Shown here: positions 44,314-54,660 of the stretch, piece by piece
Numbering within the stretch: the stretch's first letter is position 1
Layout: every line of letters begins with the position of its first letter
Assembly: GCA_963737905.1 (NCBI GenBank)
Contig: CAVTUQ010000007.1
Coordinates: 32,001-96,000, forward strand
Reading direction: 5' to 3'
Source of the DNA: an uncultured delta proteobacterium
Lineage (GTDB): Bacteria; Desulfobacterota; Binatia; UBA9968
Length of the DNA stretch: 64,000 nucleotides
Made by a program: the position numbers and the translations under genes
Notes under the pieces: model-generated
Databases searched by the model: none
Told to the model about the DNA's origin: nothing
What the model saw: the letters and a program-made list of their open reading frames with translations, nothing else

Positions 44314-44376
44314 GAATCGAAGTGCCGATTTAGCTTTCCGTATTTAACTTGCTGAAATCTTAGCATAAGTGAAACA

Positions 44377-44730
44377 TTAGTCCATTATTTTCAGTAACGT
44401 GTGTCGTCTATTCTTGGTATAGGGTCTTACCTGACTGGGCCAACGACCGTCTTCGATTGCTTTATCCCATGCGGGACTGGTTAGAACTTCCGGGCTTTCA
44501 ATTTCATAGATCGCCGTGTAAAGCGGTTCATTGGGAATCTCTATGGTTTTTCTCTCTCCACCGATGTTCATCGTCAAAGTTCCGCGCTTATAGCGGGTGA
44601 CACCCAAGACCCCTGGGACTTTGCACAGATTGGGGACATGCTCTTTATCGTAGACTTCGTTGAAGATCGCTTCACGTTCCGGATCCACGTCCATGCTTGC
44701 AATCATCAAATACTTTGCTTTTCCTGCCAT
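44377..44730 (-). CDS. EthD/DUF4286-like dimeric alpha-beta barrel protein
   Basis: FNEVYDKEHVP..VPGV...RY, YTAIYEIES. Confidence 0.7.
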   Translation of the reverse strand: MAGKAKYLMIASMDVDPEREAIFNEVYDKEHVPNLCKVPGVLGVTRYKRGTLTMNIGGERKTIEIPNEPLYTAIYEIESPEVLTSPAWDKAIEDGRWPSQVRPYTKNRRHTLLKIMD

Positions 44731-44765
44731 GATACCAAACTCCTTTCTAGTGGATAGACGTGAGT

Positions 44766-45125
44766 TCAAGTTCCCAAGAATGTTGCGATGTCGGGAGCGG
44801 GGGATTTGATCTCGACAACGATCGACTCTTCTAAGCCCTCGACGCCATGGGGAACTCCCTCCGGATGGCGACAGACATCGCCCGGGCCGAGAATATAGAC
44901 TTCCTTTCCGACGGTCATTTTGACCTTGCCCTTGACAACATACGCAAGCGACTCATGAGAGTGGATATGGAGCGGAGCCCCGACACCCGGTTGATAATGA
45001 ATCTCCAGCAAAGTCATTTCATCGCCTTTGATTAGCGGCTTCACCAAGAGATCGCCGTTCATCGGTTTCCCTTCGATGGATTTTACGACCAATCCTTTGA
45101 CCTCGGAATTCTTCGATAGTATCAT
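44766..45125 (-). CDS. Cupin domain protein
   Basis: PLHIHSHE, L.PGD...P.GVPHG. Confidence 0.88.
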   Translation of the reverse strand: MILSKNSEVKGLVVKSIEGKPMNGDLLVKPLIKGDEMTLLEIHYQPGVGAPLHIHSHESLAYVVKGKVKMTVGKEVYILGPGDVCRHPEGVPHGVEGLEESIVVEIKSPAPDIATFLGT

Positions 45126-45189
45126 GATATAACCCTTTCATTCTTTATTTTAAGTAGTTGTAAAACATGCGGAATATAATGCCGTATAG

Positions 45190-46014
45190 TCACGATAATT
45201 TAGCGGTAAAAACGGCACTGTCGTAAATGTCTGGGCGACGATTTTTGAGCAAGGGCAACTTCTCCCTCACTTCTCCAACCATCGAAAGGTCGAGGTCTAC
45301 GATTGCCAAGCCTTGGCACTCGCCCATATCAATGACGACTCGGCCAAAGGGATCCACGACCATGCTGTGGCCGATGTAAATATTGCCGACTTGGTCAGGA
45401 GCGATCACATAGCAACCATTTTCCAGCGCCCGCGCCCTCACCATGGTTTGCCAGTGTTCGACCTTCATATCGCCTGCAACCCAGCCGGAAGGGGACATGA
45501 GTATTTCCGCGCCCATCAACGTCAGGAGCCGGGATAATTCCGGGAAACGAAGGTCGTAACAGATCGTCATGGCCGCGGTGCCGATGGCGGACTTGAAGGG
45601 CTGTGTCAATTCCCTGCCGGCGAGGAATTTGTCGGACTCCTTGAAGCCCAGAGCATCGTAGAGGTGCAACTTCCGGTACACAGCCAAAAGATGGCCCGAG
45701 GCATCGATCCACATCGCCGTATCGTAAACACGGCCAGGTACATCGCTTTTCTCGTAGATCGTCGCCAGGGTTTCGATGTTTGCCGCCGCCGAGGCTGCGC
45801 GTAGGGATCTGGTAAAGGGTCCATCGAGAGTCTCCGAGATTTCGACGAGTGACTCGGCGGACTGTGTGGCCGGGGAAAAGGCCATGAGAAATTCCGGGAA
45901 GGCGACCATGCCAGCTCCTTTACTCTTGGCCTCGCTGATGAGTTCCCTGGCGAGATCCAGGTTAGCCGCCTTTTCAGTAGAGGACGTGATCTGTGCGAGA
46001 GCAATGCGTGTCAT
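45190..46014 (-). CDS. Carbon-nitrogen hydrolase (Nit1/deaminated glutathione amidase-like)
   Basis: FPE, YRKLHLYD, ICYDLRFPE catalytic triad; RARALEN. Confidence 0.9.
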   Translation of the reverse strand: MTRIALAQITSSTEKAANLDLARELISEAKSKGAGMVAFPEFLMAFSPATQSAESLVEISETLDGPFTRSLRAASAAANIETLATIYEKSDVPGRVYDTAMWIDASGHLLAVYRKLHLYDALGFKESDKFLAGRELTQPFKSAIGTAAMTICYDLRFPELSRLLTLMGAEILMSPSGWVAGDMKVEHWQTMVRARALENGCYVIAPDQVGNIYIGHSMVVDPFGRVVIDMGECQGLAIVDLDLSMVGEVREKLPLLKNRRPDIYDSAVFTAKLS

Positions 46015-46028
46015 AGCAAGCAGGATAC

Positions 46029-46101
46029 TTGGAGTGATGGAGTATTGGAGTGTTGGGATTCGGCTATTTCCCCAGTTACTCCATCACTCCAGTACTCCAA
46101 T
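46029..46101. repeat. 8-bp periodic inverted repeat
   Basis: tggagtga tggagtat tggagtgt versus ttactcca tcactcca gtactcca. Confidence 0.75.
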
Positions 46102-46109
46102 TCGTCTTC

Positions 46110-47165
46110 TTACACGTTCAAGGTCTGGCCTGCCCCCTTCTTTTTCACTTGCTCCAACACCAAGGCTCCCAGAGCCACATCCGCCACCCCTTGGCCGGCG
46201 TTGTTCTTGTAAACTGTAATTTGGTCCGCCTTGGTGCGCCCTTCTTTTTTGCCGGCGAGGATTTCTCCGATTTCAATCAATTGCTCCCACTTGATCACAC
46301 CGCGTTGTACCGGATCGTAAATATCCGCCTGTTCGTCCTGCATTGCCTGCTGCACCGAGACAATGCCGAGAACGTGGCTTCGCGCCAGGGTTGCATCGTC
46401 GATCTCCCGCCTCTTGGCCGCCGTGAATCCCCCCTTAACCAATCCAACGTTGCTGCCGACAATGGTCGTGACATGCTGGCCGGGTGTAAGCCAACTGCCG
46501 TCGAATACCGGAACGCTGGAGTTGGTTGCCGCCAAAACGATATCGACGCCGCGCAACGCTTCTTGCGGACTTGCGACCGGTGTGATGTTTAGGTTGGTTA
46601 CCGGGCCCATTTCCTCGACGAACTTGCGCCGGTTCTCGGGATTGCGGCTGTAGACTCTGACGTCCTTTAGTTTTCGCACCTGCATGAGCGCAAGCAGGTG
46701 ATTCTTCGCCTGGCCGGCGGCGCCGAAAAGGCCCAGCCGGGTGGCGTCGGGCCGCGCTAAAAGATCGGTGCCGACGGCGCTGGTGGCCGCCGTGCGAAGT
46801 CCGGTCACGGCGACGTTATCCGGCAGCTCGGCGCAAGTGATTTCGCCGACAATGATGCCTTTGAGTTCGCCTTCGGCGGCGTCGTATAGCACGATCACCG
46901 GGTGATTCAACCGCGGATAGACTTGCTCTTCGACCATGGGTTTGACCCATTCGCAGTGAGTCATGAGCCCGGTAGCACCGCTAGCAGGAACGCCGCCTTG
47001 ATGCACGCTTACACGGACACCGGTGGGAATGTGAATCCTTCGGCGCGGGGCGTTGAGTTGGGGACTTTCGCCCCATTCACGGAAGCCGGCGCGGACCGCC
47101 TCGACCGCAGCTTCCATGCCGACGATGCCGCGAATCTCCTGGGGGAGGATTAATACCGGTTGCAT
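46110..47165 (-). CDS. Ornithine cyclodeaminase/mu-crystallin family protein
   Basis: TGLRTAATSAV, G...QA..H, GRT...QIT.YK..G.GV.D. Confidence 0.88.
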   Translation of the reverse strand: MQPVLILPQEIRGIVGMEAAVEAVRAGFREWGESPQLNAPRRRIHIPTGVRVSVHQGGVPASGATGLMTHCEWVKPMVEEQVYPRLNHPVIVLYDAAEGELKGIIVGEITCAELPDNVAVTGLRTAATSAVGTDLLARPDATRLGLFGAAGQAKNHLLALMQVRKLKDVRVYSRNPENRRKFVEEMGPVTNLNITPVASPQEALRGVDIVLAATNSSVPVFDGSWLTPGQHVTTIVGSNVGLVKGGFTAAKRREIDDATLARSHVLGIVSVQQAMQDEQADIYDPVQRGVIKWEQLIEIGEILAGKKEGRTKADQITVYKNNAGQGVADVALGALVLEQVKKKGAGQTLNV

Positions 47166-47202
47166 AGATCATCGTCCTCTTACGTGTCGTGAGGCCGCGC
47201 AA

Positions 47203-47763
47203 CTATAGAGTAGAAGCGACGGCTGGGCGGGCCACGAGGTCTTCTCCCCAGCGTTTCAAGTTGGGCAAGCTGTCGTCGATGGTTGCACCGTAGCGCTGCC
47301 GACGCGTATAGAACGGAATGAAAGTGATGTCCGCCAACGAGTAGTCTCCCGCGAAGTATTGCCTGCCCGCCATTTCCTGGTCGAGGGTCTGGAGATGCTT
47401 TTGCATCCGCTCTTTTGCTTTTTCCGGCTCTTTATCGTGAGTGAAGTCATGAGCCGCGGCATGCAGCCGGCTATTCATGAAGTCGATCCAGATCCGTATC
47501 CTTGCCCTTAGCAAATGATCGCCGGGCATGAGACGGGTCGCCGGATACTTCTCGTCGAGATACTCGTTGACGATGGCCGATTCATAAATCACCCCGTCGC
47601 CATCAATTAACACCGGAACTTTGGCGTAAGGGTTGACCTCCAGAAGATCTTTCGGTTTGTTTTTGAGATTCACTTCGATGAGTTCGTAGGGAATCTGTTT
47701 TTCCGCCAGGACAATCCTTGTCCTATGGGCGTAGGGTCAACCGTGGCTGGAGTAGAGCTTCAT
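47203..47763 (-). CDS. Glutathione S-transferase (omega/SspA-like) with in-frame TGA at the active site; probable selenoprotein
   Basis: RBS aggagg, ATG 47763, MKLYSSHG[TGA 47739-47737]PYAHRTRIVL in frame with ORF 47203..47673 (KVPVL, ESAIV.EYLDE). Confidence 0.85.
47704..47731 (-). promoter_or_regulatory. Candidate bacterial SECIS hairpin
   Basis: cgcc-cat-AGGACAA-gga-TTGTCCT-ggcg just 3' of the TGA; loop begins with G about 20 nt from the TGA. Confidence 0.65.
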
Positions 47764-47830
47764 AGAATCATCCTCCTTAACATCGCTTTACTTACCATCC
47801 CAGGGGGAAGATGACAACGTGACGCTGGGT

Positions 47831-48637
47831 CTAGCGTCGCCTTGTCTGAAGACGGTCCTGAAGTCCGTCACCGACCAGGTTGAGCCCGAAGACCGTGATC
47901 ATGATCGCAATCCCAGGGTAGGTCGTCAGGTTGGGCGCGACCAGCAAAAACTGTCGCCCGTCATTCAACATCGATCCCCAGGAAGGCGTTGGCGGTTCGA
48001 CTCCCAATCCCAGGAAGCTCAGGCTGCCTTCGGCGATAATTGCCGCCGCCAATCCAAAGGTGGCTTGGATTAGCACGGGAGGAAGAAGATTCGGGAGTAG
48101 GTGCCGCCTAATAAGCCGGCCGGGCTTGCAGCCGAGCGCCCGAGCCGCTTGGACGAATTCGCGCTCCCTCAGCGCGAGGATCTCGCCGCGGACCAATCGT
48201 GCATAGCCGGTCCAGCCGATCAAACAAAGCGCCAGAATGACGTGATCGAGACCCGGGCCGAGAACGGCGGTGAAGGCGATGGCAAGGAGAATGCCGGGAA
48301 AAGCCATGAGGATATCGACGAGACGCATGATCAATTGATCGGCCCATCCGCCGAAATATCCCGACAAAGATCCGATGGCCAAACCAATGGCAAGAGAAAT
48401 CATAACCGTAGTGGCACCCACCAGAAGGGAGATTCGCCCGCCGTAGAGAACCCGGCTCAGGATGTCCCGGCCCAACTTGTCAGTTCCCAGGGGGTTCTCC
48501 CTGGAATAGGTACGTAGATCATTGTCGAGGTTTTGTCGCGTTGGATCATGGGGTGCCAGAAGCGGAGCCATTAGTGCAGATAAGACGAGCAGGGTCAGGA
48601 TAACCGAACCAACGTAGAACCAGCGATTACTTTCCAT
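47831..48637 (-). CDS. Peptide/nickel ABC transporter permease (DppC/OppC-like)
   Basis: LGTDKLGRD, EFVQAARALG, LSFLGLG..PP.PSWG. Confidence 0.92.
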   Translation of the reverse strand: MESNRWFYVGSVILTLLVLSALMAPLLAPHDPTRQNLDNDLRTYSRENPLGTDKLGRDILSRVLYGGRISLLVGATTVMISLAIGLAIGSLSGYFGGWADQLIMRLVDILMAFPGILLAIAFTAVLGPGLDHVILALCLIGWTGYARLVRGEILALREREFVQAARALGCKPGRLIRRHLLPNLLPPVLIQATFGLAAAIIAEGSLSFLGLGVEPPTPSWGSMLNDGRQFLLVAPNLTTYPGIAIMITVFGLNLVGDGLQDRLQTRRR

Positions 48638-49550
48638 AGGTGATTCTTGGATCGACTAACTGATAGAAGATGTCCGTCACGAGATTCACCAGGAGGTATG
48701 AAGTGGCGATTACCAGCACGCAGCCCTGGACCAAAGGGTAATCGCGGCTCTGAATCGCCTGCACGGTCAATCGCCCGATCCCTGGCCAAGAAAACACCGT
48801 CTCCGTGATGATCGACCCGGCAAGCAACGAACCGAACTGCAAACTCATGATCGTGATAACCGAAAGCAGGGCGTTGCGAAGCGTGTGCTTGAGCCAGACT
48901 TTTTTCTCGCTAAGTCCCTTGGCGCGGGCGCTTCGCACATAGTCTTCGCTGCTCACTTGCAGCAAGCTCGCGCGGAGGATGCGGGTCAGTATCGCTGCCA
49001 TGCCCATCCCGAGCGTAAGCGATGGGAGAACTAAATGATCGAGCCCGTCGCGACCGGAGACCGGCGTCCAACCCAGTTGAATGGAGAAGATAATCATGAG
49101 CAGGGGACCAAGCCAAAAATTGGGCAGCGAAACGCCCAGAAGGGAAAATAATAGGGCGCCGCGGTCGGTTCCCGATCCCTTGTTGATTGCGGCTAGAGTC
49201 GCTAGAGGAAACGAGATGATTACCGCGATTGCCATGGCGCATAGAGTGAGCTCGATCGTGGCGGGCAATCTTGCGCTGATAAGGTCCGTGACCGAGGATT
49301 GCTCAACGAGCGAACGCCCTAGGTCTCCCCGTAGCAGCCCAGTCAAGAAATTACGATACTGAGCCATCAAGGGCTGATCGAGAGCCAGACTCCGGCGCAG
49401 CTCTTCTTTGTCCGCAGCACTGGCGGTTTCGCCCAGCATCACCTCGATGGGATCCCCGGGAACCAGATGGATCAAAAAGAAAACCAAAGTGAGCGCCCCG
49501 AATAGAGTGGGCAAAAGCAGCAACAAGCGCTGGGGAAGGTAACGGTTCAC
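48627..49550 (-). CDS. Peptide/nickel ABC transporter permease (DppB/OppB-like)
   Basis: PGDP, GDLGRS, YVRSARAKGL, ETVFSWPG.G, DPRI; GTG start overlaps the upstream stop. Confidence 0.92.
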   Translation of the reverse strand: MNRYLPQRLLLLLPTLFGALTLVFFLIHLVPGDPIEVMLGETASAADKEELRRSLALDQPLMAQYRNFLTGLLRGDLGRSLVEQSSVTDLISARLPATIELTLCAMAIAVIISFPLATLAAINKGSGTDRGALLFSLLGVSLPNFWLGPLLMIIFSIQLGWTPVSGRDGLDHLVLPSLTLGMGMAAILTRILRASLLQVSSEDYVRSARAKGLSEKKVWLKHTLRNALLSVITIMSLQFGSLLAGSIITETVFSWPGIGRLTVQAIQSRDYPLVQGCVLVIATSYLLVNLVTDIFYQLVDPRITYGK

Positions 49551-51145
49551 TTGGCAGCGGTTGGCGATCGAAACGAGACGTTTTTGAATCCAGTAAAATC
49601 GCCATCGGGATAGGGAACAAATCCCTGGAGAGAGGACGTTTTTACGACTACGTTTTTCCACCACCATAAGGGGATGTAAGGGAGATCTTCGGCGAGAATT
49701 CGTTGTACCTCGCCGTAAATGCGCTTTCTCTCGGTTATGTCCATCGTCCTTTGTCCCTTTTCCAATAATTGATCCACTTGAGGATTGCTGTAGTGCCCCC
49801 GGTTATCTCCATTAGGCGGCACGCTGGCGGAATGAAAAATCTGATAATAAATATCCGGATCCTGTATGCCGACCCACGCGAGGGAGTAGAGATGAAAGTT
49901 GCCCTTCTTAATGTCACTGAAGAAGGTACCCCATTCATAGGTGCGGATTTCCAGCTCGATGCCGACGCTCAGTAACTGTTCTTTGAGAGCTTCGGCAATT
50001 CTTCTCCGTAGATCGAGATTTGTGCTTTTAAAAGAGAGTTTGAATCGAGGTTGGGGCCCGTCACCATCTGGATCACGGAATCCAGCTTCATCCAGCAACC
50101 GTTTCGCCTTCTCCGGATCGTGAGGCCATTGGTCGACCGTACCTTCATAAGCCCAATTCAGCGGCGAAAGGAGGCCGCTGGCGGGAGTTCCGAGATCTTT
50201 AATCAGGTGGCGAATGATGCTTTTGCGGTCGATCGCATACGCCAATGCTTGACGTACCTTCTTGTGCTTGAGAATGGGGTGCGTCAAGTTGATGCCGATG
50301 TACTGAAACGTTGTGCCTTGACGGGCTTCGATGTCTGCGTCGGTGTTCTGCTTCAGCCAAGGGAGCACATCGGGTTCCAGATCGTTCTGCATGAAACCGA
50401 TGCTTCCCTTCTTGAATTCGAGAACGCGAACCATGGCGTCGGGAACCACTTTGAAGATCAGTCCCGCAATCGAAGGCTTCCCTTCCCAATAAGAGGGGTT
50501 CGCCTTTAAGGTCACCGCCTCTCCCGATTGGAGTGATTCCAGGATAAAGGGTCCGGAACCAGCAGGTGGAGTGGCGCTTGACGCGGCATCCCCAACGGAA
50601 CTCGAGGGAACGATGCCTATGGTAAAGTGCTCCGGAAAAGGCGCGTGGGGCGCCATCAAACGGAAGCGCAGGCGATAGGGTCCAAGTTCGTCGATCGCTT
50701 GAAGCGGTTTCAAGAGCGCCCGCTTAGGGGAGCGGTTCTTGGCTTGCATAATCGACTCATAGGTAAATTTGACATCCGCGGCCGTAAGCGGCGCGCCATT
50801 GTGGAATGTGACGTTCTTTCTTAGATCAAAAATATATGTCTGAGGGTCCACCCGTTGCCAATTCTCAGCCAATTCCGGTTGCAACCGTGAGTTCTCGTCG
50901 GAGCGCAACAATGAGTTATACATCAGACCCCCGATCCGCACGGAGTTCGCATCCGTCGAGTAACGCGGATCCAGTTGAAGCGGGTTGCTTTCGATGCCAA
51001 CGATCAAGTAACCGGGGCGATCGCCAGACGAGGAAGAAACACGACAGCCTCCCAACACGACGATCAGGCTGACGACAAGAAAGCGATGGTAGCGGGTGTG
51101 TCTCTTCAACCAGAAATTTCCCAAGGTGAAATTTTGACTAACCAT
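49547..51145 (-). CDS. Peptide ABC transporter substrate-binding lipoprotein (family 5; start uncertain)
   Basis: Lipobox LGGC, LDP, PELAE.W, F.NG.PLTAADVKFT, GSGPF, VRQALAYAIDR. Confidence 0.92.
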   Translation of the reverse strand: MVSQNFTLGNFWLKRHTRYHRFLVVSLIVVLGGCRVSSSSGDRPGYLIVGIESNPLQLDPRYSTDANSVRIGGLMYNSLLRSDENSRLQPELAENWQRVDPQTYIFDLRKNVTFHNGAPLTAADVKFTYESIMQAKNRSPKRALLKPLQAIDELGPYRLRFRLMAPHAPFPEHFTIGIVPSSSVGDAASSATPPAGSGPFILESLQSGEAVTLKANPSYWEGKPSIAGLIFKVVPDAMVRVLEFKKGSIGFMQNDLEPDVLPWLKQNTDADIEARQGTTFQYIGINLTHPILKHKKVRQALAYAIDRKSIIRHLIKDLGTPASGLLSPLNWAYEGTVDQWPHDPEKAKRLLDEAGFRDPDGDGPQPRFKLSFKSTNLDLRRRIAEALKEQLLSVGIELEIRTYEWGTFFSDIKKGNFHLYSLAWVGIQDPDIYYQIFHSASVPPNGDNRGHYSNPQVDQLLEKGQRTMDITERKRIYGEVQRILAEDLPYIPLWWWKNVVVKTSSLQGFVPYPDGDFTGFKNVSFRSPTAAK

Positions 51146-51192
51146 ATCCCGTTTGCTACGATGGGTCAATTTTTCCACGATTGATCGATATC

Positions 51193-52413
51193 ATGCGATT
51201 TCAGCTCACGTTTTGCTCGAGCCTTATTTGTATACTGTTAACAGTGATTTTCGGGCGGGCGGTTGCAACCGAGCCGGCGTTTGCGGTTCTTCCAGGGATC
51301 GAAGGATCGGTGGAGTTCTGGAAAAAGATCTTTACCCGCTACGGAGCGCAAGACGTCGTGTTTTTCGATCCCTTCGATCACGGGAAAATTTATAGCGTGT
51401 TGCGCGTTCCGGATACGGACGAAGGCCGGGCGCTCATTGATAGAGAGCGGGCACGAATTATTGCTAACTACGATTTGAAAGAAGACGAGGGGCGCATTAG
51501 AAGCCAGCGGGGCGCCAAGGAACAGTTCATTTCCGGTATCAAGATCTCCGGCCGCTACATGTCTCGGATGCGGCAGATCTTTCGCGACGAGCGATTGCCG
51601 GTGGAGCTCGCTTATCTTCCCCTAGTGGAGTCGTCTTTCAATGTTCGCGCTCGTTCGACCGCGGGTGCGGTTGGCATGTGGCAGTTCATGCCTGATACCG
51701 GGAAAAAATTTCTTCAGATCACCGATACCGTGGACGAGCGACGCGACCCCATCGCATCTACTCGCGCTGCTGCCCGCCTGCTGAAAGAGAATCGCCGGCT
51801 TCTTGGCAACTGGCCGTTGGCTATTACGGCTTATAATCATGGGACCGAAGGGATTTTCCGGGCCGTAGACGCCGTGGGCTCGGAAAATCTGGTGGAGATC
51901 ATTCGACGTTATCAATCGCCCACGTTCGGCTTTGCATCGAAGAATTTCTATGCCGAGTTTCTTGCCGCCGCGGAGATTGCCAGAAATGCCGAAGCCCATT
52001 TCCCTTTTTTGCGGCCCCACCCGCCAATGAGCCTGCGTGAAATCGAGATCAAACGCCCAATCCCGATTCGATCGTTGCTTAAGCCGGCAGCGGTCTCGCA
52101 AAGTGATTTTTTCGAATGGAACCCGGCTCTCAGTCCGACAGCAACAATTATTCCTGCGGGTTATCGCGTTCAAGTCCCGCCGGAAAAAGCCGGCCGTTTT
52201 GCAATTCTACAACAGCGTATTCACGGTTCCCCAGCGAAGAAAAGAAGCAACGCGGTCGTGACGCGAGATCGTGCCGGGTCGGCAAGCGGTAAAACTGCGG
52301 CTAAGAATAAGAAAGCGAGCGGGACATCGGTAGGTGCTGCTCGATCCGCAAACGCATCGCACACAAGCCAAGCGACTACGGCTGCTCGGCGTCTCAAAGT
52401 TGCCAGTCGCTAA
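51193..52413 (+). CDS. Lytic murein transglycosylase (MltD-like SLT domain)
   Basis: LPLVESSF, AVGMWQFMP.TG, DERRDP, AYNHG. Confidence 0.9.
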   Translation: MRFQLTFCSSLICILLTVIFGRAVATEPAFAVLPGIEGSVEFWKKIFTRYGAQDVVFFDPFDHGKIYSVLRVPDTDEGRALIDRERARIIANYDLKEDEGRIRSQRGAKEQFISGIKISGRYMSRMRQIFRDERLPVELAYLPLVESSFNVRARSTAGAVGMWQFMPDTGKKFLQITDTVDERRDPIASTRAAARLLKENRRLLGNWPLAITAYNHGTEGIFRAVDAVGSENLVEIIRRYQSPTFGFASKNFYAEFLAAAEIARNAEAHFPFLRPHPPMSLREIEIKRPIPIRSLLKPAAVSQSDFFEWNPALSPTATIIPAGYRVQVPPEKAGRFAILQQRIHGSPAKKRSNAVVTRDRAGSASGKTAAKNKKASGTSVGAARSANASHTSQATTAARRLKVASR

Positions 52414-52554
52414 CCGCCGTCTCATCCGGCCGCGTGGTTGGTTTCCCTCTTGTTTATTTGAACCCACCTCGGAAACGTCATATCAGGGTCTTCCTCTATC
52501 GTCTGAAATGGGCTTGAAGGCGCGAGAGAGTTAGCTTATAATAATCGAGGCCTT

Positions 52555-53376
52555 ATGGACGTCACACTTCTCAAAGTTACAGCAATTTTTTATCTTCTGG
52601 CGAGCGCAAGTTTTGTCGTTTATATCTTTCGTCTACGTGACTTCGTTTCAAGTTTGTCTCCGATCATTTTATTCACTGGGTTTGCGGTCCATACAGCCGG
52701 TCTGGCAGTTCATTTTTTGCAAACCGGTTACGCCGGCGTTGCTGAGTTTCGTGAGGCACTGTCATTTTACGGCTGGCTTCTTGTGGCGGGGTATCTGTTG
52801 ATTCAACTCAAGTATCGGCTTGCGATCTTGGGTGCCATCATCGCACCCTTGGCGTTTCTTATGACCCTCGCCGCCATCGCATTTGGCAGCGGCGCTGGCG
52901 AATTGCCCCCGGGACTGAAGACGGTTTGGCTGCCGGTTCACGTGACTTTGGCATTTCTCGGTAATGCCGTTTTTGCCCTGGCTTTCGGCGTGAGCCTGAT
53001 GTACCTGCTGCAGGAAAGTTATCTCAAGCGTAAGAAGATGACTTCCGTGATGAAGCGATTTCCCTCGCTAGAAGCGTTAGACAAGTTGAACTATGTGCTG
53101 CTAGTTTGGGGGTTCCCGTTAATGACTTTGGGTATCCTCACGGGCAGCATGTGGGCCGGGATTTATTGGGGCAACTATTGGTCGTGGGATCCCCGCCAGA
53201 TTTCTTCAGGCATTGCCTGGCTGTTTTATGGCGTCTTGTTGCATGGCCGGATCACCGCCGGCTTGAGAGGAAAAAAGGCGGCACTACTGACCATGGTTGG
53301 GTTTGTCGTCGTCCTGGGTTACTTTCTCTGGGGAGATTCGCTCTTTCCCAGCCGGCATGGGGGCCGGTTCGAATAG
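52555..53376 (+). CDS. ccsA: Cytochrome c biogenesis CcsA-family membrane protein
   Basis: WLPVHV, GSMWA..YWG.YWSWDPR (WWD domain); directly upstream of hemA. Confidence 0.8.
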   Translation: MDVTLLKVTAIFYLLASASFVVYIFRLRDFVSSLSPIILFTGFAVHTAGLAVHFLQTGYAGVAEFREALSFYGWLLVAGYLLIQLKYRLAILGAIIAPLAFLMTLAAIAFGSGAGELPPGLKTVWLPVHVTLAFLGNAVFALAFGVSLMYLLQESYLKRKKMTSVMKRFPSLEALDKLNYVLLVWGFPLMTLGILTGSMWAGIYWGNYWSWDPRQISSGIAWLFYGVLLHGRITAGLRGKKAALLTMVGFVVVLGYFLWGDSLFPSRHGGRFE

Positions 53377-53379
53377 CAG

Positions 53380-54660
53380 GTGCACAAGGAAATTATCATC
53401 GTTGGGATGAATCATCGGAGCGCGCCGATCGAAGTAAGAGAAAGCGTGGCCTTCGAGACTTCCTACGTCCGTGAGGCTTTGGGACGGCTGCGGGCCTACC
53501 CGTCGATCCAGGAGAGTGTCATTCTATCGACGTGTAACCGTGTGGAGGTGGTGGTGGCGGCGTTGAATGGTGAGTCTGCTTCTGTGGAAATCAAAGCATT
53601 CTTGGCCGACCAGAGAGCGCGGAAAAATCGCCATAGTCTAGAGGACCACGTTTATATTCACCAGGGTCCGGCAGCGGTTCGGCATCTGTTCCGTGTGGCT
53701 GCGAGTCTGGATTCCATGGTTGTAGGGGAGCCGCAGATCTTGGGTCAGCTAAAGGAATACTATAACGCTGCTCAGGCCGCCGGCACCGTCGGAACGATTC
53801 TTCATCGTCTTTTTCATCGCTCATTCTCCGTTGCCAAGAGAGTCCGGAACGAGACGGCTATCGCGAGTCGCGCGGTATCCGTCAGTTCCGTGGCCATCGA
53901 CCTGGCAAAAAGGATCTTTGACCGTCTTGACGACAAAACGGTGATGCTCATCGGAGCGGGCAAGATGGGTGATCTTATGGCTCGACACCTCCAACGCGGC
54001 GGCGTGCACAGCGTGATGGTCACCAACCGAACCTTCGACCGAGCCGTGGAACTCGCCGGCCGGATTCATGGCAGCCCGATTTTGTTCGAGGATTTTCCCC
54101 GTTATCTCACACTCGCCGATCTCGTTATCGGTTGCACCGGTTCTCCCGAGATCCTGGTAGACGTCGCGACGGTGGAAAAGGTTCTTCGCGAACGCAAACA
54201 AAAGGCGATGTTCTTGATTGACATCGGCGACCGCAGAAATTTCGATCCCGCGATTAACGCAATCGACAATGTGTATCTCTACAATATCGATGATCTCAAA
54301 GGCGTCGCCGAGGAGAATCTTCACGAAAGGTCCAACGAGGCCGAAAAAGCGGAGGGAATCGTTCAAGAGGAGGTCCAGAATTTCACGCGCTGGATCGATT
54401 CTTTGGAGCAAGTCCCGACGATTACGGCTCTCCGGCAACGGTTGGAAGAGATACGACAGCGGGAGCTCGAAAGATCGCTGGGCGGCAGCCTGAGAGACCT
54501 CTCGGAAAAACAGAGGGAGGCCTTGGAAGACATGACCACGGCGATGATGAACAAGATTCTTCACGCTCCTCTATCGCAGCTAAAGCTCAACTCCCAAGAC
54601 GACGACGAGAAAACTCTCTACATTGCCGCGCTGAAGAAACTCTTTGACTTGGAGCGGTGA
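53380..54660 (+). CDS. hemA: Glutamyl-tRNA reductase
   Basis: LSTCNRVE, HLFRVAASLDSMVVGEPQILGQ, GAGKMG. Confidence 0.97.
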   Translation: MHKEIIIVGMNHRSAPIEVRESVAFETSYVREALGRLRAYPSIQESVILSTCNRVEVVVAALNGESASVEIKAFLADQRARKNRHSLEDHVYIHQGPAAVRHLFRVAASLDSMVVGEPQILGQLKEYYNAAQAAGTVGTILHRLFHRSFSVAKRVRNETAIASRAVSVSSVAIDLAKRIFDRLDDKTVMLIGAGKMGDLMARHLQRGGVHSVMVTNRTFDRAVELAGRIHGSPILFEDFPRYLTLADLVIGCTGSPEILVDVATVEKVLRERKQKAMFLIDIGDRRNFDPAINAIDNVYLYNIDDLKGVAEENLHERSNEAEKAEGIVQEEVQNFTRWIDSLEQVPTITALRQRLEEIRQRELERSLGGSLRDLSEKQREALEDMTTAMMNKILHAPLSQLKLNSQDDDEKTLYIAALKKLFDLER

